Part shown: positions 35,706 through 49,100 of the stretch, piece by piece
How the letters are laid out: each line of letters opens with the position of its first letter
How positions within the stretch are numbered: position 1 is the first letter of the stretch
Assembly: GCA_000708835.1 (NCBI GenBank)
Contig: DF237019.1
Coordinates: forward strand, 1 to 64,000
Source of the DNA: Klebsormidium nitens
Lineage: Eukaryota > Plantae > Klebsormidiophyceae
DNA length: 64,000 bases
Direction of reading: 5' to 3'
Translations under genes and position numbers: made by a program
The notes under the pieces: generated by a model
What the model was told of the DNA's origin: nothing
Database searches by the model: none
Seen by the model: the letters and a program-made list of their open reading frames with translations, nothing else

Positions 35706-37129
35706 GCGGAGGCAGTTCAAATTGAGCCATTGATTCTATATGCCTTCGCCACGTGTTTTTGCTTGATCTTGCGAGTAGAGCAACCAGTGGCTGACGTTTC
35801 CGTCAGGCAGGCCAACTGCAAAGGTGCAGAAGCAACCATCGCACTAGGTGATAACAAAACATTGATTCCTTGTTGAAGCAATGAAGGGCGGGCTTCACTT
35901 TAATGTTGCTGATCGTTATAGTTCTTCTTTGAACAATACCATATGATCATAGCTCTTGAACGATAAGTTTGAGTCCACCAAACATACTCAAATTTGAGAA
36001 GATGCGCGCATATAAGCGAGATCGTCAAAGTCGTCATTCCAGTCGTACGTCCGTTGTCACTGCTGCCGGCAGGGTCAAAACTCTTTGAGAGTCCGACTAA
36101 GTTATGAAAATTTGTAAGCCCAGTGCCATCGCGGACTTGCACAGCCCAAGCACGTTGACTGTTGCGATGCGGTCCGACGCTTCCCGTGAGTCATGCTTTG
36201 AGCTATAGTACATGACGGTCCGAGTCAGTAAGTACATGTTGGATACGCAGTATACTATCTGTCAATATTGCACTGAAGCCTAAGTGTCCGGACGTACCTT
36301 CATGCACTTGCTTGTCCAGGATCGATCAAGGACTTGACGATCGAGTCGCTGGCACATTTAGTAACCAGTGAATCTAGAATATATTAGGGTCCATTGTGCG
36401 GCATACGCGGCCCTTACAAATCATGCATTGAATGAATTTGCATTCAATAAATCAAAGAATCGACCGTCTCATACTTAAAGCATCAGTGGACAAATGTCTG
36501 CGATATCTTGCCAGCCACTGAGTACGTTGGGCGATCCGACTACAGCCCAATGAGGCACCGCAGTGCATGATCGAGATAATTGAAGACCTGGACTCGCGGT
36601 GATACAGCGCAATGATCCAATGATCATAATCCGAAAGCTACTTCATGAGTATTGAACTTTTGTTGCTATTAGTGTGAAGCCACTTCGCATACGGTATAGC
36701 GGAATGGTATTTGACCTTCGATTCTTTATCCACTATCTGTACGCGACTGGTCCTTTACATCTAAACAAGTAACAACTATCCAGTTACAACAAGCGTCAAA
36801 TTATATAAGCAATCAACGAATCATATACGATATAACCAATTGCACGAATGTAAGCTATGCGGCGGTGCTATTCTGTGAGCTAAAGTGTCTTAGGGCAATA
36901 TCACCGTAACTTGACCAGGCTACGTCAGCAAGTCAAATCAATAAGCAACTTTTTTCAATTAGGTGATGGCTGTATGCCATTCAATAAGTGACGTATCGCG
37001 TCTTTGCCTACTTAATACCTTGCCTTTCGCAGCAATGGCCTAATCCAACTCGTCTATACATGAAGACTTACCTACTGACGTATATACGCCATTTAAAACG
37101 TGGGTACTTCGCCAAGCCCCACGCGTATC

Positions 37130-40100
37130 CTAGTACTTCTTCCCAATGGCCGACTTGTACCCATGGAAACCGTGGAACCCATGGAAATGGAACCCAAACA
37201 TGTGGGCTTTGGGCAAGTGGTAACGGTGGTGAATCATCGTCTTGGAGTGCTTGAGCTTGTCTCCGTCCGCAACTCGGCTCAGGAGCTTCGGACCCGCCGC
37301 CTTGAGGATCATCGCACCGAGGGGGGCGGTGAGGATGACGGAAAGCATGCTCACCGCAAATACCTGCAGGAAAGTTAGGAAAAATCATGCTGAAAAGTTA
37401 AGAAGCTGGAAAGTAGACATGAAGTTCGCTCATGAAATTAACAGGTAAAGTTGTGATTTTCGTAGTGGGCTGACACGAGTTCAAGAGAATTGGCTCCGCC
37501 GCCTTGAGGATCGTCGCGCCGAGGGGGGCGGTGAGAACGACGGACAACATGCTCACCGCGAATACCTGTCCGTCCAGAAACAAGAAGGCGTGTCAGCTCT
37601 CTGAATCTAAGATTTAGAGCTGTAGGGTTTGATCTTCGAACACTCGACTCAGGAGCTTCGGTCCCGCCGCCTTCAGGCTCATTGGGCGGTGAGGAGAGCA
37701 TGCTCACCGCAAGGACCTGAACACGAGAAGGCGTGCGAGCACTCTGTCGACATTCCCTTTCGAGGTTTTCGGGCTTTTTGGTTCTTCATTCGGATATTCA
37801 AATGGGAAGCTTTGGCCCCGCCGTCTTAAGGATCATCGCACCGAGGGGGGCGGTGAGGATGACGGAAAGCATCCTCACCCGGAAACCTGGAAACGAGAAG
37901 GCGTATTTTACATTCGAAGTTTTACGATCGCGATCGATCTTGTAGTTTCACAATGGGCGGACATGGGTTCAGAGATTTGAGCCCACAGCTTTGAGAAACA
38001 GACTCGTCTCAGCGCCGGTGGAAGTAAACGGAGAGCATGCTCACGTACACCGTTATTTTCTGGCCGAGCTGAGCGCCGGGGGCGCGAGCGCCGCTTGCAC
38101 CGTCGCCTTGGGGAGCCACGCTTGCGCTATTTTCCGTTCTCGAACACATCAGAAACCACAATTTTACATGGCAAAGACTCACGATCTCTACCATAGCTTA
38201 CCGTCTCCGCATATCCTATCTCCTCCGGGCCCTTGTCCTTTCTGGCCTAACTGAGCGCCTGGGGCGCGAGCGCTGCGAGCGCTGCCTGCACCGTCGCCTT
38301 GGGGAGCCACGTAAGTGTTTCTCCTTTCACCGTGCCGAAAGCGAAAAACATAACCTTGGGAACAACCGACAAGAATTGCCCATAGCTTACCGTCTCCGCA
38401 TAGCCTATCTTCTCCTCGGCCTTGTCCTTTTTGGCCAAGCTGAGCGCCCGTGGCGCATGCGCCGCCTGCACCGTCGCCTTGGGGAGCCATGTCACCACTG
38501 TTTCGTTCTCGATCTAGTTTGAAAAGAGAAAAGGTTTTCGTGGCGCAGACCCATAGCTTACCGTCTCCGCATAGCCTATCTTCTTTTCGTCCTTGGCCTT
38601 TTCTGCCGAGCTAAGCGCCTGTGGTGCGAGCGCCGCCTGAACCGTCGCTTTCGGAAGCCACGCCAGCGCGAGAAACAGCCGCTCGCCCATGTTGAGCATC
38701 GTTCCAGACGCGCCGAGAACGGTCGCGCCGATGCGCGCGAAACACGCGATCGGGATAATGATGACGCCTTTCCAGAGGAAGGAGCCCTTGAAATAGGAGA
38801 TGTCGATCTGGGTGCCGATGACGCCGAAGAGGAGGGGTTGCACGAAGAGCGACCAGAGGTAGAGCAGGTACAGCCGGGGCTGCTTGGTTAGGGCGCGGCC
38901 TGGGTTAAGGAGAGGGTTAACGATTCAGTCAGGGCTTGCGTAGGCAAGCAGTTTTGGATTTGGGTAGAGTCTTAGAATTGGGTCAACAACGGAATCAAGA
39001 GCAACCTGGGTCGAATGAAGACTCGCGGCCAGTTGTAGAGCAGGTCAGCCGGGGCTGCTTGGTCAGGGCGCGGCCTGGGTTAAGGAGAGGGTTAACAAGT
39101 AAGTGTAGGAAGGCGGTTGAAGCAGATGGAAGATAAATTTCAAGAATTGAGTGAAGACATTCTCAAGAGCAAAGGCTGAACGAAAGGCGACCAAAGGTAG
39201 AGCAGATACCGCCGGGGCTGCTTGATGAGTTAAGGAGGGGGTAAACAGCAAAGTCAAGGGTTGTCTGGGCGGCCGCTTTGGGGATGATTTGAATCTACGA
39301 GTTGCGTAAACCACTTTCTCAACAGCAAGGGTCCAATTAGAGTGACCAGAGGTACAACCGGGGCTGCTTGTCAGGGCGCGGCCTCGGTTAAGGACAGGGT
39401 TAACGACGAAGTCAAGGATCGTGTAGTCAAACTAGGAAAAGAATGCCAAAAAAAGATAAGGATGAGGATAAGCAAAAGCAAAAGCAGGTAGTTTAGCAGA
39501 AACCCGCCCCGAACGTGGCCAGACAGCTGCCCGAAAACCGCGAGCGCCCGGGCTTTCGTTGACTCTCCTCCAGCGCTCGTCAGGTCGGTCCACACGCTAG
39601 TCCAAATTCCTACCCAAACCCAAACCCAACCCAATTCAAACCCAATAGCGTATCCTCTGAAATGAGATACAAACCAAAGGGAGGGCTCGGCGGGATCCTC
39701 CCTGAAAAAAGACAGCTCAGTAAAATTCTGCTTGCGCAAACCCATCTAAACGGCGAGGGAAAATTGTGAAGAGCGAATGGGGTTTCGGGGTTAGCGCAAA
39801 CCCAACCCAACCTTGCACGGCGACCGTCCCGAGCACCACGATCGCGAGCGCCCCGGCGCCGCTGTCTTTTCTCGATTACCAACTAAGATTGCCTGCGAAT
39901 TCAAACCCTTCATAACGACAGCTGACCAAAAAGGAAAAGGGTTAGCGCAAACCCACCCCAACCCTGCGCGGCGACCGTCCCAAGAACGACGATGGCTAGC
40001 GCCCCGGCCCCGCTGTACTTCTCGCGGGCGCCGATCAGTACCGTCCAAAGACCAAACCCGAGGATGTAAAGCGTGCGCAAAATCGCCCTTTGTGTGTCCC

Positions 40101-43100
40101 CCGATTGGGGGAGCGCCTTGAGGGACTGCCCCGACGCGACGTGCTTCCGGAGGCTCTCGAACTAGAGGGAAGGAGAAAAGCGGAAAGGGTTTGGGTCGGT
40201 TTGTGGGACTGGCCCGACGCAACGAAACTTCGGAGGGCTCGAACTAGGGGGAGGGAGACAAATTGAACTAGGTTAGCGTCTTGCTTGCACAATCGAGGGC
40301 TGGCCCGACTCGAAGTGCTTCCAGAGGCTCTCGAACTAGTGGGAGGGAGAAAGGCTAGTGGCGTAAGTAACTTGTGCGTGGGCATAGAAATGAGCCGTTC
40401 CCAGATTACGCGGGAGGGGAAAGCAGAAGATAGCACGCGACTGCTTCTGCGTCGACTTCAAGGAACTGACTCGGCGCGATGTGCTTCCAAAGCTCTCGAA
40501 CTAGTGGGAGGGGAAGAAAAGCTAAGAAGAAGTTCGCGTCAAACTGAGGGGCTGATTCGAAGCGACGGGCTTCCAGAGGCTCTCGGACTAGGGAACGGAA
40601 AAGAAGTGGGAAAACTCTGCGGCGGCTTGTGAAACTGGCCCGCGGCGACATGCTTTTGGAGGTTCGCAAAGTAGGGGAGGGAGAAAAGAATTGAGCAAGT
40701 TTGGGTGCTGAACTAGGGGGAGGGGGAAATAATGTGTAGCATGCATTACGATGTGCGACAACTTGAAAAGTCATCCCGGAATCGAGGCAGACGAAGAAAG
40801 CATGTGTCTGGTTACAGATCCACTTGGAGGGACTGCCCGACGCAACGTGCTTCCAAAGTAGAGGGAGGGAAATCAAGAACAGCGTGAGTTAGGTTTTTGC
40901 AGTTAAGGAAATGGCTTTGTTTTCGGTCCTGACGCGAACACCACGTCGAAGTATGCTGATTGACTCCGAACCTCAGAGGCGTCAACGCCATAGGAGCGAA
41001 ACTCAAAAAGCTACTCCAAAGAACCTTGAACTACGTGGAAAATGGCGCGCGCACCTTGGATTCGTGCTTGGTGACAGCTGGCGTCTCCTCGTCGGTCTCC
41101 TCTGCCCCCGGGTCTTGCAGGTACAGTGTAGACGCGCTCATCTCGTTATCGCTGTCGTTCGAAACTGGCAGAATGCGATATTCGGAAGCGTTCAGTTTTC
41201 GACAGTTCGTAGGTTCGTCTTCTTTGTTTAGGATCGAAATGGGCTTTGTATCGGGGGCGTTCAGTGTCTGACACTTTGTGGGTTCGTTCCGAGATGTTAG
41301 GATGTTAGGATTGCACTTCGTCTCGCTCTTCCCGGGTAGATTTTTGCCGTTTAACGAAGCACCGCAAGCAACGCCGCAAAGCGCGTTTTGAGACGTTGGA
41401 TGGCGAGAAACTCAATCCTGAATCCCTTGGGCGATTGGAGCCTGCATTTGACTGACTTCATCCCGTCGCGAAACGGGAGTGTCGCAAAACGAAGTAAACG
41501 GTGAGCCGTCGTTATGGGCAGTGGTGACGGAACGGGGTTCAAAACTTCCAAAAATGCACAAATTGATGGATCTCTGGTGACCCTATACCAGTTTTTTTAA
41601 AAAGGCCAATCCCACACAGAAACATAGATCAATAGCCTGGAGCATTTCACCGTTTGGAACGCTTAGACTGAAGAAGCTGCCGGCCTTATTCCCCAGGAGC
41701 AAAGCGAATCCCCTGAGACCGATGAAAATACATAACAAACCTTCATCCTCTCGGAGCTTCCTACCGGGGGAAGAGAGGATCTTAAGAAAGGTTACCCCAG
41801 AGTACCGGGACTTACCCGCGGCCTGATTCCGGGCAGTAGCAGCACTCCCCCGAGGCCGATCACAACACCGGGGACGATCCCCCATCTTTCTTGGGACATT
41901 CGATCGTGGTGAAAAAGGGTTCAGCGAAGGGTTTGCAGAGGGTTTAAACAGGGGACCCGGGACTCAAGGGCGGCCCTAGCCCGAGGCAGCAGCAGCACTC
42001 CCCGAAAGGCGATCACGACACCGAAGGAAATCCCCATCTTCTTGGGGCATTCTCCCTTGTTAATACAGGGTTACAACAGGGTTTGAACAGGGTAAAGAAA
42101 GGGTTTAAGCATGGTTCGAAAAGGGTCGAATAAAATATTATCGAGGGGAACAGGAACTTACTCTCGGCCTTATCCCGGGGCAGCAGCAGCACTCCCCCGA
42201 GGCCAATCACAACACCGAAGACGATACCCAACGCGATCTCGATGGGTGCGCGGAAGATGGACAGCACGATGGACTGGTTCTCGAACACGACGCCTTGGAA
42301 AACTGCGTTGCCTGCACAAGAAACAACAAAGCATTTGAGGCTGGATTCAGAAAATTTAATTGCCTTGAAAATCTCAGCGTTTTTAGGTTATTGTCATGCT
42401 ATGGTTCCCCAAGTCAACAAAGGGATAGTATCAGAACGTTGTTAGGAACTGGCACGGTGCTCTGATCCAACCACGACCCCCTGAAAGATCAAGGTGCCTG
42501 CACACAATCTCCCAGAATCTTTAAGAAACCTCGTCAGTTTTGTGCGTTTCGAGGACTCCTTTCCTGAAGCAACTCGAGTACAAAAAGCCCCAAAGGCTGG
42601 ACGGCAGCGGTCTGCGCCTAGCGGCTTCTTAAGAACACTTGCGTTGGAGAAAAGAGTCCCCTACGTAAACGGCTATGCGACCTTTGCTTTTATGCTCGTC
42701 TCGTTAAAGCTTTTAAAAGGAAGCCTGATCTGCAATCCGTGGGCTCTATACGTTTCCTCGGATCACGTGGGCGAAATAGGTACAGGATTCGTCAACAATA
42801 TGAGTCTCAGGACTGCAAAGGCCAACAGTTCGTAGTACTACAACGGCTAGTGCTTCACAAGGTCGTTTGCTTCCTTTCTGGTTTTCGCCATCCTCCGCCC
42901 ACATACCCAAGACGGGTTGAGCAAATGACCATTCAGCGCTGTTGCACGCCTCTCTTGCAATGATTACGTTGCAGCGCTGCGTCTAGAAGGTCGTCAACAA
43001 ATCTGATTTGCTGACCAGAAAGAATACACAGCAACTTCCGCTGACGTACCTACGACGGCCAGGCAATCGTCGATAGCAGCCACCGCGAGAACCAGCGAAG

Positions 43101-46100
43101 GGATCCCCTTCTCGACGCCGTAGCCCTCGTCCTGCATACGAGAAAATTTGCCTCATTTTAGCACCAGCCATAACTGGGATGCGGACGGAATCCAGACATG
43201 TGCAGACAGTGAAGAAAGGGCGTAGCTCGAAGTCCGGATTCGGCTCCTCAATCACTTTAGAACGCGACTCTCGTGCCTGGAACACCAGGGGCATCAGAGG
43301 TCTCTAGAGGCAGTCCACGTGTAGCTTCAACGAGGCGGGCGTCACATTGGTTGCTGTCACCCCCGCAACCACTTACTCGATTCTTTTTGCCGAAGAGCAG
43401 AACGGAACACCTTCGGACACTAGGATCTAAAAACTTGAAAGTTGTCCTTTTTGGACCGCTGAACGGGCGGGACGAAGAATGCGGAACCATGCCCACAAAA
43501 TGATACTGATTATGGACCCCCTGGTCCTCGTTTTAAAATCAGAGAGCATCCCAACGCAAGAGCAAAATTTCTTTGAACCCGAAACCCTGAGGTACTTTTA
43601 ATGTAGTGCCAAGAGGACGGGGACGACAATTGCCGGCGCAACGCCCGCAACAATAATACCGATCATGGACACCTAAGTCAAAGGACTGGAGAGCAACTCG
43701 TCGCAAACAAACAGAGCTTCAAAAGCTTCAACTCCCGTGAAATTGAAAGCAAATCACAAACTTACCTGAAGGCGCTAGAAGGGCGGAAACAACAATCGCT
43801 GGCGCCACGCCCGCAGTAATGAATCCGGTCATGAAGCCCTACGTCCACGGGATTGAGAGTATCCCGACGCAACACCAAAACCCCAAAAAAAACCCAAAAC
43901 TCTAAAAGCTTCAAACGCTGAAATGCTGCAATTCCTTACCCGGAGCGACAGCAACGCCGGAACAACAATCGCCGGGCCACGCCCGCTGTAATAAAGCTCG
44001 TCATGAAGCCCCAAGTCCACGGATTGGAAAGTATCCCGACGTAAGAGCAAAACCCTAAGAACGGCAAATCCTGAAGTGCTGTGAATCCTTACCTGGAGTG
44101 CAGGGACGACAATCGCCGGCGCCAGGCCCGCAGTAATGTATTCCGTCATGAAACGAAACGGAACGGAACGCATCTCGACATAAGGAAAACCCGTTGAGCA
44201 TCTAAAGCAAAGCCCGAAACTTCAGCTCCCTAGAACCTAAGCTCCCTACCTGGAGCGCAAGCAACGCCGGAACAACAATCGCCGGCGCCACGCCCGCCGT
44301 AATAAATCCCGCCATGAAGCCCCAAGTCCACGGTATGGAAAGCATCCCAACGCAAGGGCAAATCCGACGATTCTAAAACCCTAAAACCCCACAACCCTAC
44401 ACCCCGAAACACCGAAGACTGCCATACCTGAAGTGCTAGCAGGGCGGGAACAACAATCGCCGGCGCCACGCCCGCCGTAATAAATCCCGCCATGAAGCCC
44501 CAGGTCCACGGAATGGAAAGCATCCCAACGCAAAGCGCCGCGATTACGGCCGCTTCCACGACGGTCGGAATGATAGCACTCGCGGAGCAGAGCCAAACTA
44601 GGCGCGAGAGGAGTTTGACGTCGAGCGCAACCCCCGCCCGCAGCAGGATGGTGCACAGCCCGAACTCGCGGATGAACTTGGACACCTCCGGCTCGATCAC
44701 GCGGCCGGCCTTGACGCCTGCAGGGTTTAGGGTTTAAGGGGTTTGGGATTCGTGTACAGGGCTAACGAGGATTTGACGTGACGTGCGCAAGAGCGGAGCG
44801 GAAAGACGTACAGCCCGATAAACTTGGACATTTCGCGCTCCATCACGCGGCCGGCCTCGACACTGTCAGAATTAGGGTTCTTTGAGTTTGGGGTTTTGAG
44901 GTTGGGTTTCGTAGTACTGCCAACGAGGCCCGTGAAGGGGTTGACGTCGAGCGCACAAGAGCGGGGCGGGATGACAACCAGATTGAAACGATCCAGAGTA
45001 CCAGTCGGAAATTTTGGGTTGGACCACGCAGGTCGGCCCTGACACCTGTGGGGGTAACGGAGAACTATTGCTCAGATATCGGGGCCACCATGAGTGCAAA
45101 GTGATAATGTTAGCAGGTTCCGTAAGGGCAATGGTGGGAATGTGATTGAAGTTTCCAGCTGGCCTCTAGTAAGGCTAAAGAGTCGAGGAGTTTGCCCTGG
45201 TTTGAACGGTGAGCAGATTCCCCAGGCTTCACGGTTGGAGGTGAAGTTGGAGCCTTGAAATTCAGAGCGCGCAGGAACCGTTCATCTGGCGTGTGATCGT
45301 GCGACTGTGAAAGCCTGCGACCATCGGTGGCCCGCAGTAAGAACGGCCGGAAAGCGGATGGAGAACTTTGCAGAAAAAGAAGACAATCTGTGGTCAAAGA
45401 CAGGATGCACGCCTGCAAGATAAAAAGCACGCCTAGTTGATACGCAAATGCACCTTGAAGTTTCGGCAGAACAATGCACACTCTGCCGCTAAGCCAAATA
45501 CGAGTAAGTCCACAATCGTGTCTCGCAGTGCACTGTTGCTTAAACGACCCGGTATGCATGTATAAGCAAACCAGCCCCTCGCATAGCATCCAGCAGGCCA
45601 ACGGGTTTCAACGCTTCGGCCTCCAAACGAACCCCCGTTTCTAAACATAACGAAAAACTTTGGTTGACGGAAAACTAGATCAACTCGGGTGATCAGTCCC
45701 CCTACCCCTCCCAGTAAGGAGAAAGTATCTTCAACCAAGCCGGGTTAAAATACCGCTTATCTGTCCTTCTGCCAAGCGAAGCTGGTCAAAAGCTGGTTGG
45801 TTGCCCTTTAACCTGGTTTGGTCAAGAGCATAGTTTCTATGTGACCCACCCGGTATGTACCGGCAGATGAACCCCGCGACCAGCATTCCGCAGAGCGGAT
45901 GCGTGCCCACACGCGAGGCGAGCTCCCCCAGAATCATGGAAAGGAGGTAGACAATCATGAGTGCGAAGATCGTGCCGTAAAACCCGGCGGTTTCGCCGAT
46001 GGCGAGCCACAGGTTCACCGTGATGAGCGTAAATAGGACGCCCAACGTCAGCAGCGCCTGCAGAATATTGGGTTTGGAGTTAGTAGGTTTTGCGCAGGAT

Positions 46101-49100
46101 TTTTGGCCGGGACAAGGGGGAGGCGCTAATAGAGAAGTTGGAGTCAAGCTTGAGTCATCCGTTCACCTGACGGACTAACGGTTTGAGAACCGAATCGTCG
46201 GTGAAAATTGCCCAGTAAAACAAGTGAACATTGCGCCAAGCTTAATGTCAGTCGACATTAAAATCGGAATAACGCTTTCAGATCGTTATCGAGGCACATT
46301 TTGAATGTTGTTCTCAGTACGTCACGGAACGTAACATGGATTCCCGTACGAGAACCAGGTTTGACGTAAAGTGCAAGACTTGGAAAGATCGAGAAAGTTG
46401 TTTCGACTCAATATTTCTTTTGGGGGGGTGCCTGCAGCGGGGGCTTTCTTCCCCCATCAAACAGGTCCCAGCACCCCCTTGACGCCTGTAAAGCAGCAAC
46501 ATGAAAGCATAGAGGACCCAGATTGACTAAGATTTCAAACGGGAGATGACAAAACTCGTTCAAAGATCGTGGGACCTTCGCTGTAATGCAAAGGATACGA
46601 CTTTGAGACGAGCAGAAAGTGGAAGACGGCTGTACAAACTTCGGAAGATCGAGAGGAACGAAAACGAAACTGGAGACGCAAGGTGGTAAATGAAGAATCC
46701 GAAGTTGGCGGTCGGTCCTATCGAGTAGTTTCGCTCCTGGCGACTTTTCCGATTTGCACATGCTTAGGAGGTGTTGATTGAGAAGCCGCATGACATGAGG
46801 GCTGTTTGCGTGCTTGGTCGTTTGTCGGATCGGGGACTTTCTTCAGAGGGAACCAGGAATGGCTACTGAGTCTGGTAACTCATATCGGGTGAGAGAGCGA
46901 GGTTAGCCAGATATTTCACAAGGAAACGTCCAGTCGGCCAAGTCCGTTGGCGTGGGAGGTGAGAGGAGCGAAAGAGTCCGTCAGTGATGAAAGACCACCG
47001 CGAGAACGACTCATTGCAGTTCGGTCAAACCTGGCCGCCTGACCCAAGTCCGATCCAAACCAATCGGAGAACTTTGCTCGATGCGCAGAAGTTGGGCCGT
47101 TCGATGACCCAGAGGCTAGTCATCGAACGGTCCAAGTTCTGCGCATCGGGCAAAACGTTTTCGCGACCGATTCCAGTCAAACTTGGTCAGGCGGCCAGGT
47201 TTGACCGATCTGCAGCCGGCGAGGCGAAACAAGAGGACCGATAGAGTAAAGAAAACAAATGGTTTAGGGACTAACCTCGATTTGAACCGCCAGGGGGCTT
47301 CGGGGCGTCATGAACCAGTTCCACACTTTGTGGAAGACCGCACCCGGGGTTGCTATCGCCCACTTGTCTTCCATAGGAACAGCCTGTAAAGAAACGAGGT
47401 GCTTCTGTTTGTCTCTACTCTGATCGAAATGATTTGGTGTCCTTGCGAAGAGAGGGCTGAAGACCTTGCTCTCGAAGACAGGCCCAGACTAAGTTTAGAA
47501 GAAAGAAAGAGCACGGAAAGCTACTGTTGCAAACCTACAAAACATGATTACCCTAAAACTTAGAACTTAAAAATCTTGACATCTCAACTCTCAGTGCAGG
47601 CCCGCTTTCTTGCGACCCGCCAATCAATGGTGACACTCGAGTACTCGGGTAGCTCTTTGTAACAAGTCACCAAGGGCAAGTGCGCAGAGCTATTTGCCAG
47701 AGGAGCAAATGTTTGAGCGAAGATGTCTTTAAGTGTCCACAAGCATCCGACGAGGGATCCATTGGTTCGATTGCGGAGGTCCCCAATCAACCACCTAAGT
47801 AACTACTTTATTAAACACTTACATCGGGATTCCCTGGATGCCAGTTGCCGCCATGAGTAAAACAAAGCGGTCGTAGGGCCACCTTTGGCAATGACGCTAT
47901 GCCTGAAAGCTTATCGGACAAGAGCTTACCTTGACCGTTTCCTCAGACTCCTCGACTTCTTTCCCAACGACGATCCTGCACCGGAGTAAGAGAGGCACGA
48001 GTTCTTGTAAGTCAGGATTACAACGGTTTGCAATCCGATTAGGATCACTTTGACACTGTTTGCAGGACCCAGTTCAGGCAAGCGAGTGGAAAGAAGGTAC
48101 CGCAGGTGCAAACTGGCTATGACCAGACTAAAGGATACTGCCAAGACTTTGCGCAACGAAAGAGCCTGACTTCGGCAAGACGCCCCGGCCAAGTCGCAGA
48201 ACCTCTTGAGAGGTCACAACGGGGTTAGAGACCTGCTTCGAGACCTGGTTAAGGACATGGCTGGAGATCTGATCGTGCGCGGCGGTTTCATAAGCTGGGG
48301 CTACAAAATTGTAGCAGTGTATGGCAAAGTCGCCGAGAGAATGCGAATAACGTCTCTGTCACAGATGCTACTGAACGCCGCGGTCCCAAGCGGGACGACG
48401 GATACCGAGTCACAGCTTCCTAAATGTTCTCTTTTTTGGAACAAGAGATTGGCCTTTGGAAGAGCCATGCTTCCCGGCAGATCGATGGAAAGAGAGTCGC
48501 ACCTTTCTGGACCAACCGGGTTTGAAAATGAGAGAAAGGCCTTCTAATTGAGGCGCGCTCCCAAGGAGAAGCGGGTGGCCTCTAGAAAGGGCCGGTCATA
48601 TCGAACTCAAGAAAGAATACAAGCCAAAATAAAGAGTGAAATTTTCGCACTGCGCGGTAGGGTTACTTTGTAGGTTAGGGTGGATAGGGGTGCGGAGCAG
48701 TTACTTGTTTAGGTTAGGATAAATCAAAGATGATTACTATCTTGGCTTATCGTCATCTCTTCCTACGTTCTGTGCCCGTCATCGGTTTGGAGGTTACTCT
48801 AAAATGCAAATTTTGTCGATCCAGCAACACCTGCCATTTGTCTGCATGACTACGAAGAACGTTGCAAATGCAAGAAAAGAACCAAGAAGACGGCTCACTG
48901 TTCAAGGGCGACTGCGCTCTCCTCGGGCGTCGTCTCGGCCGGAGGGGCTGGGACTTCGGACTCGGGCGAACCTGCGAGCAGACCCAAACTCTCGTTTTTC
49001 TTCGTAAAATGAAAGATGCCGACGTGGTTTGGTGCTAGCTTCGGCCCTAGCAAACAGAGTGGAAGGCGCTCTGTGGGCGGTGGATCACCGGGGAGACTGG

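Noticed and set aside
35900-37050. AT-richer interval between the convergent CHL27 and NHA genes, possible TE remnant
   Set aside because: No recognisable coding motifs, TIRs or repeats.
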